DNA of 33,287 nucleotides from a virus (lineage: Duplodnaviria; Caudoviricetes). The notes beneath the pieces were generated by a model that had not been told where the DNA came from, searched no databases, and was given only the letters and a program-made list of their open reading frames with translations. The translations under genes and the position numbers were made by a program. This document shows positions 9,501 through 17,481 of this stretch, one piece after another. The stretch covers positions 1-33,287 of IMG/VR virus record IMGVR_UViG_3300030392_000835; one strand, written 5' to 3'. Each line of letters begins with the position of its first letter. Position 1 is the first letter of the stretch.

Positions 9501-12500
9501 ATTGTTCCATACCAGGGTTCCACAGACCTTAAACGAGGTGAAGGATATCTTGTTTTCTATGAAAATGGTAAGCGTAAAGTATATGGTGGTATAGGTAAAA
9601 AGAGAGTTGATGGTAAACCACAACCATTGCCTAGCCCTATATTTGATATCGTATACGGAAAAGGCGGGCTTGCATCTAAAGGAAACTCTGAACTGGAAAA
9701 CTGGTGGGGGTGGATGGCAGGAATAAAACGTGGGTATTTAACAACGTTTAACCCGATATTTATGTTTGGCAACGGTATCTTAGATATGTTTACCGTTTGG
9801 GTTAAACGGGGTGTTCTGCCTCCTGGTGTTATAAATCAAATTGTTAAAAATTATGATGGCATTGTTAACGAGGCAGATAATGTTCTTATTGATATTATGA
9901 GAACATCCGGGGCATTCCAGTCACGTACTACAGATGTTAATACCTATGCGAGGAATTTACAGAGGAGGTTGGACACAGAAAACCTTGATGGGCTTATTCT
10001 AATGGCTGATGATTTTCATACCAGTACAAAGGTTAAAAATAAACTGGATGAAATCTTTGATGAGGGATTTCTTAGGACAAAGATTAAATTGGTAGGACAA
10101 AAATGGAGTCGCACCTCGCAGGTTATTGAACAGGCTGCACGTATGGAAGTTGCCGAAAGGACCATGATTGCACGACTTGGCGCACCGGAATGGAACAGGT
10201 TGAACCGTTTAAGCCGTGAACAGTTCATTGAAGAGTTACTTCACAATTATCGTGGTACTCCCGGCAAGGGACTGGCAGACCATCCAGCTATAAGGGAAGC
10301 AGGGGCTGCCTCTCTTGAGGCAACGGTAAATTTCTACCGTGGTGGTGAATGGATTAGGCGTATCAACCCTCTAACTTATTTCTTAAATCCAGCTATGGAA
10401 GGGACAAAGCTCCCATTCAGGGCAATAGGGGTAAACCTACATCCTACTATAAGACCTGTACGTAATCCCGAACCTGGTGGTCCTCTATGGGAATATGGGG
10501 AATACATGAAAGGTAGGCGCAGAGGCGTTACAGGTAAGTTGGAAGACTTAGATATCACAAGAAGAACTACTACCGGGAACGACCTTCTTGATGATTTACG
10601 CTACAAGCATAATACTGACACTATCCCCATGATGGATTTTATCCGTACCGCCTTTACAGGTAAGGGGCTTACCGGCGCAAATGGTGCAATGGTACGGATG
10701 GGAGGGATTTTAACTGCCCAGGCAACTATCATGGGATGGAATCTTATGTGGGCTGATGAATGGGGATACTGGGATATTCCCGGATGGATAAAGTATTCGG
10801 GATTCCTAATACTCCTTCCACCTAAGAGAGATGAAAATGGTGAATATATCCGTGACGATAAAACAGGAAGGGTAAAGCCGAATTTCATTGTAATACCTCA
10901 CAGGACGAGGGAGTGGTCTATAGTTACTGCGTTTCCTCAGTTTGCGATGGAAAAGATAGCAACCTCTTTTGATAAGTCATCAGAAGGCAAGGCAAGCTAT
11001 AAGGCATTTGTAAGTAGGCTTTTCTCAGAAGCAAGTCCCGTGGACAACTTACCGGTACTGGGAGGTGACCCTACCAATATATCTACATACCTTAAACCAT
11101 TTGTTGGTTTGCGTGAGCTAGGAGAAGAATTGGAGGGGAAGGATTACTGGAGAGGAGAGAAAATAGTTCCTCCCGACTTAGAGTACAGGGACCCTTCTGA
11201 CCAGTACCAGCCCTTTACATCACCTACCATTAAGACGATTTCCCGCCTTCTACCGGAGGACAGTCTGTATCGCAGTCCTTTAAGAGCGGAACATCTTGTA
11301 AACAATATATTTGGTGGTACGGGTAAAGTTGCATTATCTCTTCCTGACTGGATTATTGATACCATTGATGGAATACACAGAAAGAATAAGATGTCCGAAC
11401 CCAATACCCCTGATGAACAGGCTATGCACTACCGTTCCCTAAAGACAAGTATGGAACGTAAGGTTTACAGGGCATCTATTGCACGGCAAGGTATATACGA
11501 ATTAGAACAATTTGAAGACGCATTGCGTAAACCTAGAAATCAAATGAAGAATGTTTTTTCGGATATACCCCTTCTAGGTGCTTTGTCTCGTAGGTATAAC
11601 CCTCCTTATTCTGGTGGATTACGTGAAATTGGAGAACGCCAACAGGAAGCGTTGGGATTTAATATAGACAAAGAGAACCATGCAGAGCTACGGACAACTC
11701 TTAAAAGAACACGCAAGACGATATATGCTGCACAACTTGAAGATGATTCAGAGATTTCAGCATGGGCACGACGTAAAAATCCCAGTGAGCTTGTAGGTAT
11801 AAGTCCTACGCAGTGGCGAAAAAATAGGTCAGAAAGATTTGGCAATTATGAATTTTTTAAACAACAAATGATAGATATGTTTGGAGAAAATACAGTATAT
11901 GAGCTTAGTAGTGATGACCAGGAACAATATTACAATGCAGCATTCCAACTAGCTTCCAAGGCTGGGGTTATAGATATTAGGTTGCAGGCAGAGGTTTTGT
12001 TTACTGCGTATCAGAATATCAGATATCCAGAGGGGGAAGACCCCGACCTGGAACTTGTTAATAAGTTTTATGAAGACCGCAAACTATTTGTAGATAAATT
12101 GCGCAGTAAGTACGGGGATGAGTCAAAAGAGTTTGGTGATTTTGAAAACCTAAGACAGTCCAGTATGACCGAAACGGAAAGAAGATACGATAAGGCTCGT
12201 GAAATTATGAATCCCTATTTCAATATAGGAAGAAATATCAGAGAGCTTGTACCTGGGGCATCCCCGCAACAGGTCCAGATATGGGATGGATATCAAAAAG
12301 CAAGGACCAGACAGGAGAAAGACTGGTATACAGAAAAATATAAAGGCATCATAAATATGTTTAAATCCCACAGGGATTTAGCACGTAGGCGGTATGTTAT
12401 GAGTACCATTGATGTAAACGGTCAGTCCAACCTGGATGAGGCCCTTGCGTTTTGGTATGGAGATTCATATTACAGTGACAAAGCTGTAACAATGTCAGCA

Positions 12501-12566
12501 AGAGGGTTAATTGATTATTTACACAGTCCTGCGATTTATAATAAGCTACCTTCTGCGGTACGTTAA
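6585..12566 (+). CDS. Giant internal virion / polyvalent protein with LPD38-like domain
   Basis: 1993 aa. About 10760-11350 reads YWDIPGWIK...IVIPH...KDYWRGEKIVPP...QYQPFTS...SPLRAEHLVNNIFGGTG, resembling LPD38 as recalled. Pro-rich repetitive N-terminus. Confidence 0.7.
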   Translation: MQERSRYQQHGELPVYDMDYMRRQGMPTPPIPVYIPPTPGRQGPGNIVYQEPPAPVDWGQRGMDVLQGFRSLLGKFDPFSPGISFGRKAQNVWDKDEATAEIRADLDAGAPIPNFSAPVIGNIPGSGRFAGHLLKTFEDELKALGTVAETVTDPAMGLLTSLETLPIPVDSMVMPPDPYMPRGGGTSVNPFHSPDVEARRTALRNTINPRTNEPYGPMESAAKAYVDADIPGMERFVMESIFDPIILGGPIVGGTRKLSALGGAMRRAPSPPTTPPIRKSIGYDVNRQWAGIESPQGPSTRWTQEVGPSYNRYWREGMAVPEPPAPPAPVSRRDPFVTPERRIIRDEQGREVNQYWSEERQAFVVPERRTIIDSQGREVNQYWVDDVTVPDRPVPSPAAAAPSPADAAPSPAAAVPDKTTIEAVRAASSLENIRLGLNPFKTIDKNGNGVYRSKKHRAYEDKAISEGWNANDRSVENIKLAQEHAAQLDWYILNDVYMNRATLGDPDFEKALPQRRQTANPNAPEFQPEADFDSVTGEFTFLPSGSDVRFTPAAAAPSPADAAPSPAVAVPEISAGRQAARTIDDVEASDEMVNISPEDMDRGAQQELVRQSGDASGHDGARDVLQDDALREVVDSGGGTFDDIKKRRDALISFVKNRFSADSYMKFTGKGHDSGFSMRAIVDFRHRTRNSSKDVHEAFQYGGVDDVVTAIQLSAGPVPRAVMTFQNFMKISIEPLLGKMKGDLLGVTSKDISKILIARHYKSLMDNPKTRFNRDNLPTPVDDTGQLLDADIDVLDWERRMRESMSPSEWARVEKGVESIRDLYIRQRENLVKNGIISRENADMFAEEYPWYNPISYIEFLDVNKGASGVRNSSSPFSNFSSGLRHFSKKDAIDEAGKIHVFNAVDPLSPEVMLKQLTQNEMRIRRNTIGKMIYEAHEGRELTDESLGWLQDVTKDFQSRELVDGKYITVNDIVPYQGSTDLKRGEGYLVFYENGKRKVYGGIGKKRVDGKPQPLPSPIFDIVYGKGGLASKGNSELENWWGWMAGIKRGYLTTFNPIFMFGNGILDMFTVWVKRGVLPPGVINQIVKNYDGIVNEADNVLIDIMRTSGAFQSRTTDVNTYARNLQRRLDTENLDGLILMADDFHTSTKVKNKLDEIFDEGFLRTKIKLVGQKWSRTSQVIEQAARMEVAERTMIARLGAPEWNRLNRLSREQFIEELLHNYRGTPGKGLADHPAIREAGAASLEATVNFYRGGEWIRRINPLTYFLNPAMEGTKLPFRAIGVNLHPTIRPVRNPEPGGPLWEYGEYMKGRRRGVTGKLEDLDITRRTTTGNDLLDDLRYKHNTDTIPMMDFIRTAFTGKGLTGANGAMVRMGGILTAQATIMGWNLMWADEWGYWDIPGWIKYSGFLILLPPKRDENGEYIRDDKTGRVKPNFIVIPHRTREWSIVTAFPQFAMEKIATSFDKSSEGKASYKAFVSRLFSEASPVDNLPVLGGDPTNISTYLKPFVGLRELGEELEGKDYWRGEKIVPPDLEYRDPSDQYQPFTSPTIKTISRLLPEDSLYRSPLRAEHLVNNIFGGTGKVALSLPDWIIDTIDGIHRKNKMSEPNTPDEQAMHYRSLKTSMERKVYRASIARQGIYELEQFEDALRKPRNQMKNVFSDIPLLGALSRRYNPPYSGGLREIGERQQEALGFNIDKENHAELRTTLKRTRKTIYAAQLEDDSEISAWARRKNPSELVGISPTQWRKNRSERFGNYEFFKQQMIDMFGENTVYELSSDDQEQYYNAAFQLASKAGVIDIRLQAEVLFTAYQNIRYPEGEDPDLELVNKFYEDRKLFVDKLRSKYGDESKEFGDFENLRQSSMTETERRYDKAREIMNPYFNIGRNIRELVPGASPQQVQIWDGYQKARTRQEKDWYTEKYKGIINMFKSHRDLARRRYVMSTIDVNGQSNLDEALAFWYGDSYYSDKAVTMSARGLIDYLHSPAIYNKLPSAVR
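7589..7733 (+). repeat. Tandem duplication with 81-nt (27-aa) period
   Basis: FVTPERRIIRDEQGREVNQYW and FVVPERRTIIDSQGREVNQYW, starting at 7589 and 7670. Confidence 0.85.
7773..7831 (+). repeat. 59-nt direct repeat, copy 1 (PAAAAPSPADAAPSPAAAVP linker)
   Basis: 56/59 identical to 8238-8296. Confidence 0.9.
8238..8296 (+). repeat. 59-nt direct repeat, copy 2 (PAAAAPSPADAAPSPAVAVP linker)
   Basis: 56/59 identical to 7773-7831; offset 465 nt = 155 codons. Confidence 0.9.
10298..10322 (+). repeat. Dispersed 25-nt exact direct repeat, copy 2
   Basis: Identical to 5159-5183; both encode AGAASLEA in the same frame. Confidence 0.9.
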
Positions 12567-12606
12567 CAATAATGTATACTATAGTAATTTAAGGGTGAGG
12601 TAACAT

Positions 12607-13416
12607 ATGGTTAATCAGGCAGAACAACCAGAAAACACAGGGGCCCCTGCTGTTGATTCGGGTAACACCACTACAGATATAACATCTGAATTTAATGGTG
12701 TGGATACCTTTGATGATACCAGCACGGCACCAACAGATATTGATACAACAGATAGTACAGAACAGTCTTCTGTACCAGGAGATGTGCCTGCAGAATCTCC
12801 AGGTGGCACGGAAGCATTGCCTCCTTCAGATGCGCCAACTATGCCTCCGGATACAGGGCTGCCTTCCCTCCAACCTCAGGAAGATATTCAAAGGCGTATG
12901 TCTGCTTTGGAACAGCAGAATATGCAGTATCAGGTTGGTGAACAAGAAAGACAGTTAATGGCTCAGCGTGACAAGTACGCCACTGACCTGGAAAATGCGG
13001 GATATTTACCTGACCAGGCAGCGTATGTAGCAAATAACTGGTATTCATCAGCTAATGAACAGGTATCAAGGCAAAATGAACAGGTGCAGTATGCCGAGTA
13101 TATACGAGGGCAACAGGCTGCTGCCGAACATTTTGCAAATAAATATAAGTTAGAGCTTCCAGATTTGAGAGAGTTGCGACAGTATCAAACCCCAGAATCT
13201 ATGGAAACAGCAGCGAAGCGACTTGCTTCAGACCGAGAGAAGGATGCCGAAATTGCTAAGTTAAGGGCACAAATGGTCCCTTCTCAGTCCTTTGAGGACA
13301 ATCAGTCCACACCTGCTGCGTCAAATAGTGAGGAGAGATGGCTGGAGCGATATAACCAGGGTGACAGGTCACCCGAAGCCCAGTCAGCAGCAAGAAGGGC
13401 TGCTGGTCTTGGATAA
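12607..13416 (+). CDS. Capsid scaffolding protein (putative)
   Basis: Acidic disordered N-terminus, Q/E-rich coiled coil and basic C-terminal helix (AARRAAGLG), directly before the capsid gene; SD GAGGT. Confidence 0.7.
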   Translation: MVNQAEQPENTGAPAVDSGNTTTDITSEFNGVDTFDDTSTAPTDIDTTDSTEQSSVPGDVPAESPGGTEALPPSDAPTMPPDTGLPSLQPQEDIQRRMSALEQQNMQYQVGEQERQLMAQRDKYATDLENAGYLPDQAAYVANNWYSSANEQVSRQNEQVQYAEYIRGQQAAAEHFANKYKLELPDLRELRQYQTPESMETAAKRLASDREKDAEIAKLRAQMVPSQSFEDNQSTPAASNSEERWLERYNQGDRSPEAQSAARRAAGLG

Positions 13417-13434
13417 TGAATATAGGAGTTTGAT

Positions 13435-14331
13435 ATGGCCCAGACAGCAACAACGGGCAACTTAGAAAATGCCCAGAGAATAATTATTAGTTCCGCTCGA
13501 TATACCGAGGAACATAACGCACCAGCTTTAGCACTAATTGAGCAGTTCAAACTGCCCAAGGGAGCCAAGCAGGTAACTGTTCCAAAGGTTGGCACTATGA
13601 CTATGAGTGACCTGGTAGATGGTCAGGACATAATAGACGAGGAAGACATCGGAATGACCACTGTTGACCTTACCGCATCTGAGGTAGGAGCCAAGGTTAT
13701 TCTGACTGATAAACTCGTCAGGCAATCCGCACCTAATGTCTTCTCCATAATTGGACGACAGTTGGGTGAAGGTATGGCACGAAAGAAAGATACAGATGTA
13801 ATCGCATTATATTCTGCCCTTAATAGTGGTACAGACCTTAGTGCTGACGGTAGATTGATGACTCCCGCTAACGTTCATGCAATCATTTCTCAGGCTAAAG
13901 CCAACAAGTATGGTTCGCAGGTTTATATACTTCACCACCCGAATGCTGTAGCTCAACTTTCTAAAGGTGCTGCCACGGTAGCAACTGGAAATGCTGGTGC
14001 TATCGCAGCAGGTATGGGTGAGGTTACAAGTGGTTGGTCAGCAGACTTGCTGGGAAACTTCTACAGTGGGCTACGCCCAATCAATAATGTCGCTATATTT
14101 GAAGATGGTAATATAGACAAGGTTTCCGGTGTTGATTCCGGTGTTGGCGTAATAGCTGACAAGAGTGCTATGGCTGCTCTAACCAGTGTAGATACCCGGA
14201 CAGAACGACAGAGGGATGCCTCTCTCAGAGCGACAGAAGTTGTAATGACAGCAGACTATGGTGTATTTGAACTCGATGATACACGTGGCGCACCTGTTAC
14301 TTTTGAAATTGGTGACATTGCTACTGCTTAG
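13435..14331 (+). CDS. Major capsid protein (HK97-type fold)
   Basis: 298 aa with VTVPKVG, GRQLGEGMARKKDTDVI, ILHHPN and TERQRDASLRATEVVMTADYGVFELDD; follows the scaffold; SD AGGAG. Confidence 0.85.
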   Translation: MAQTATTGNLENAQRIIISSARYTEEHNAPALALIEQFKLPKGAKQVTVPKVGTMTMSDLVDGQDIIDEEDIGMTTVDLTASEVGAKVILTDKLVRQSAPNVFSIIGRQLGEGMARKKDTDVIALYSALNSGTDLSADGRLMTPANVHAIISQAKANKYGSQVYILHHPNAVAQLSKGAATVATGNAGAIAAGMGEVTSGWSADLLGNFYSGLRPINNVAIFEDGNIDKVSGVDSGVGVIADKSAMAALTSVDTRTERQRDASLRATEVVMTADYGVFELDDTRGAPVTFEIGDIATA

Positions 14332-14343
14332 TAGGAGTTATAT

Positions 14344-14745
14344 ATGGTAGGGATAAGTGAGCGAAATAAACAGAAAGTAGAGTTAGTCAATCAGGGGTTC
14401 TCCCTGAGGTATATAGACGAGTGGCAACCAAAGGTAACCTTGTACAGGCATAAGGCCAGTATGAATACCCAGAATGAAGTAGTCAGGGAAATTGGAACTA
14501 CCGTAAAAGGTGTTCCCGGCAATCCTGATTATGTGCTGCGTAAATCTAAAATCGGTTTATTTCCCTGGAAGCCAGGTGAGGAATGTGAGTGTAAGTGGTG
14601 CAGAGAGGGCGACTGGAGCCCTGAAACCCCTGATGGTACTAGAAAGTTCTGTGATGTATGCGGTCTTGCCGTGGAAGCACAGAACAGCGCAGGGGCATCA
14701 TCCAAGCTAACCTTTCACAAACGGGCATCACATCCAGAGTTGTAA
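14344..14745 (+). CDS. Hypothetical Cys/His-rich protein, probable Zn-finger
   Basis: CECKWC and CDVC...HKRASH (C2H2-like); SD AGGAG. Confidence 0.65.
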   Translation: MVGISERNKQKVELVNQGFSLRYIDEWQPKVTLYRHKASMNTQNEVVREIGTTVKGVPGNPDYVLRKSKIGLFPWKPGEECECKWCREGDWSPETPDGTRKFCDVCGLAVEAQNSAGASSKLTFHKRASHPEL

Positions 14746-14755
14746 GAGTTATAAT

Positions 14756-14842
14756 AGAGTCCTGAGAGTTGTAACGATTGACCGTGACTCTCAGGATTCT
14801 CTAAATATTAACGGTTGGTCGCAGGGGGCAAGCCCTGTAATA
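14756..14842 (+). ncRNA. Intergenic structured RNA with pseudoknot
   Basis: 15-bp stem 14756-14770/14786-14800; loop 14775-14785 pairs 11 bp (3 G-U) with 14811-14821; hairpin 14822-14837; TATTA/TAATA closing helix. Confidence 0.55.
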
Positions 14843-14865
14843 AGTAACCTTTAAGGAGGTTTGAT

Positions 14866-15612
14866 ATGTCGTTTCCGACAACAGTAGGTGGAAGTTATGG
14901 ATGGGAAAAACAAACTACATCAGCACAGAGGCAAGTCCTTGGGGCTGAGATGGCATTTCCAGATGGCAGAAAGTACAGATATGTAGAGAATGGTGGTACT
15001 GCTATTGAAGAAGGAATGATTGTGGCAAGTGAGGCTCCTGCTGGCAACCATGATGAAGACCTAGCGGTAGCAACAACTGCTGCTGGTGCTAGTTCAATTA
15101 CCGTCACGCTTGGAAATACTGAGGCAGCAAAGAATCTATATGCAGAAGGGTATCTCTTCTTTAACTTGCCTACGCTTTCAACAGCAGGGTCAAGAGTATT
15201 TTATAAGATTAAGAGTCATCCTTATGCTGCTGCTACTGCTACGTTGGCTCTGACTATTGATGAGCCTGACAATACTGTTATTGCAGTTACTAACGGAACA
15301 GAGACAGCAGGTCTAATCAAGAGTCCTTATAAAGATATTGTAGTCGCTCCTGCTGCTATAGCTGGACGGTTTGTAGGACTTTCTGTTTGTCAGATTGCTG
15401 CAAACTACTTTGGATGGATACAGGTTGCTGGTATGGGCATAGCTGCTATAGACGGTACACCTGCCGTTGGCACACTCGTTGGTGCTAGTGGTACGCACGC
15501 TGGCTCCTTGGTAGCTGTTGGTGCTGATACTACTCCTGCTCTTGCCAGAACACATGGTAAAGCAGGTGTGAACGATGAGTACCACACTGTCATGTTGATG
15601 AACCTATACTAG
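14866..15612 (+). CDS. Structural protein, probable capsid decoration/minor capsid protein
   Basis: 248 aa, Ala/Gly/Thr-rich beta-type sequence with DGRKYRYV and YFGWIQVAG; strong SD AAGGAGGT; close to the capsid gene. Confidence 0.6.
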   Translation: MSFPTTVGGSYGWEKQTTSAQRQVLGAEMAFPDGRKYRYVENGGTAIEEGMIVASEAPAGNHDEDLAVATTAAGASSITVTLGNTEAAKNLYAEGYLFFNLPTLSTAGSRVFYKIKSHPYAAATATLALTIDEPDNTVIAVTNGTETAGLIKSPYKDIVVAPAAIAGRFVGLSVCQIAANYFGWIQVAGMGIAAIDGTPAVGTLVGASGTHAGSLVAVGADTTPALARTHGKAGVNDEYHTVMLMNLY

Positions 15613-15613
15613 G

Positions 15614-15976
15614 GTGCAACCTTTAGAACTTTGGACACCTCAAGGCTCCACGTATGTAGGCGGTGAAGACACTGGCTACAATGGTGAGACAGGGGTGTCC
15701 ATTGTTGTACACACTTTCCAGTTCCATGACCCTGTAACAAATAGGTCCCAGATAGTTAAGATACCTGCAGACCCTACAATTTCCCAGGCTCATATAGAGG
15801 ACATGGCAGCGCAGGCACTGGAAACATTCTTGATTGAGTGTCGTGTTAAAGATAGCAAGAAGAAGCCTACAGCGTCACAGAAGAAAGAGATAGGTAAACA
15901 GTTAAAAGAGTTTCGGGAGTACGCTCTAAAGCGCAGGGAAAGTACAAACAACAGAATATATTACCGAGGTGTTTAA
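15614..15976 (+). CDS. Hypothetical protein
   Basis: 120 aa, GTG start, tightly packed between neighbours. Confidence 0.65.
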   Translation: MQPLELWTPQGSTYVGGEDTGYNGETGVSIVVHTFQFHDPVTNRSQIVKIPADPTISQAHIEDMAAQALETFLIECRVKDSKKKPTASQKKEIGKQLKEFREYALKRRESTNNRIYYRGV

Positions 15977-16176
15977 TGGTCGAACAAAACGGGGCAGGCA
16001 ACGAGTACGGACTAACGTCCGAAGATATTAGCGCAGCGTTTCAGGCTCATCCGCAGGCAGCGCAAGCTGCACAGATTAGCTTATTGCGCAGGGTTATTGA
16101 GAGTCGTGATAATGAGATAAGTGTATTGAAGCAAGAAATAGAAGACTTGTTAAAGGCAACATCAAATTCTGAATGA
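15976..16176 (+). CDS. Small coiled-coil hypothetical protein
   Basis: 66 aa, TAATG overlap, SD GAGGT, heptad-like C-terminus. Confidence 0.65.
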   Translation: MVEQNGAGNEYGLTSEDISAAFQAHPQAAQAAQISLLRRVIESRDNEISVLKQEIEDLLKATSNSE

Positions 16177-16185
16177 GGGTAGACA

Positions 16186-17481
16186 ATGCCTGTACAGGGA
16201 AGAACACGTGAACAGCTTAGACAGTCCATAGGACACAACCTGGGGGCCCTTAAAACAGGCACTGCTACAGGTGGCACTACTGAAACCCTTATTGATACCA
16301 AGACCCTGAGGGGTGGTAACGATACTTACAACGGCAAGCTAATTATTGTCACGGATGCTAGTGATGGTACTACCCAGGATACCCCTTATATTGATGATTA
16401 CACCGCAAGCAGTACCACTATTGCATTTCAACACGCATTAAGTTTTACTGTTGCCAGTGGTGATACTTATGAAATATGGGATGAGCCATATAAGCCATCG
16501 ACTATTCATGACTTTATCAACCAGGCAATCATAGACGCTACAGGTCAGGCATATGACCCCGTAGAGAACCCGGATATGTCCAGTTCTCCCCATACCGCAT
16601 TACATGCTGATGGTAAGGACTTGAGGTTCGATATACCCAGTAACATCTCTATCATCAATCATATCTACTATCGTAGCAGTGTATCGTTTACGAGCCTGCA
16701 TTCATGTAATGCTGCATTTGACGAGACTATAGATTCAGACATAACCGTAACTGTAGATACCCAGGATAAGAAACAGGGCACAGGTAGTAATAAGTTCGTT
16801 ATAGCTACTGGGGCAAGCGCAGGGGATATAGCAACAGATTCTATAACCAGTAAAGATATTTCTAAATATGACTATCTAGAGTGCTGGGTTAAAAGTACAG
16901 TTGCAACATCATCAGGAAACTTAAAGATATTACTAGATGATTCTGCTAGCTGTGCCTCTCCCACTGTTAATGGAGAAGTATTAAGTATTCCAGCTTTAAC
17001 AGCAGATACATGGACATATGTACGTATTGCCCTGGCGAATCCAGAATTGGATACTGCAATTATATCCATTGGACTTGAATATGATTCCGACCTTGGGGCA
17101 TGCCAGGTAAGACTTGATGATATCAAGGTAGTTCAGAACGATACTGCGATATGGGAGATATTTCCCAGGCATCTATGGAAGATAGACCGTAGTGCCCGTG
17201 ACCTGGTACTTACCGATGGTGGTAAGTTTGAAGCAGGATACTCGATGTTAAAGATAACAGGAGGGGATAAGCCTGCTCTTCTATCCGCAGAATCATCCAC
17301 CACGGAGATAGATGATTCATACATAATAGCGAGGGCTACGGGTCTTGCGTTTGCATCCGCATCCGGTGGTACTGGTACAGACCCTGACCAGTTACGGCAA
17401 CAGGCTGCTTTCTGGTTGGGCCTTGCGGAACAGGCAAAGCGTTCATTTCCGTTGTTAATCACCGGTAGGGTGGTTGAGTAA
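16186..17481 (+). CDS. Putative head-tail adaptor (tail tubular A-like) with inserted beta-sandwich domains
   Basis: N-terminal TREQLRQSIG helix, IHDFINQAI and a helical C-terminus as in podovirus adaptors. Central KDISKYDYLECWVKS...TWTYVRIAL...VRLDDIKVV resembles a galactose-binding/CBM-like jelly roll. Confidence 0.55.
   Translation: MPVQGRTREQLRQSIGHNLGALKTGTATGGTTETLIDTKTLRGGNDTYNGKLIIVTDASDGTTQDTPYIDDYTASSTTIAFQHALSFTVASGDTYEIWDEPYKPSTIHDFINQAIIDATGQAYDPVENPDMSSSPHTALHADGKDLRFDIPSNISIINHIYYRSSVSFTSLHSCNAAFDETIDSDITVTVDTQDKKQGTGSNKFVIATGASAGDIATDSITSKDISKYDYLECWVKSTVATSSGNLKILLDDSASCASPTVNGEVLSIPALTADTWTYVRIALANPELDTAIISIGLEYDSDLGACQVRLDDIKVVQNDTAIWEIFPRHLWKIDRSARDLVLTDGGKFEAGYSMLKITGGDKPALLSAESSTTEIDDSYIIARATGLAFASASGGTGTDPDQLRQQAAFWLGLAEQAKRSFPLLITGRVVE

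Noticed and set aside
14756-14800. Simple intrinsic terminator or hammerhead ribozyme
   Set aside because: No U-tract after the stem; CUGAGAG does not fit CUGANGA and there is no matching GAAA core.
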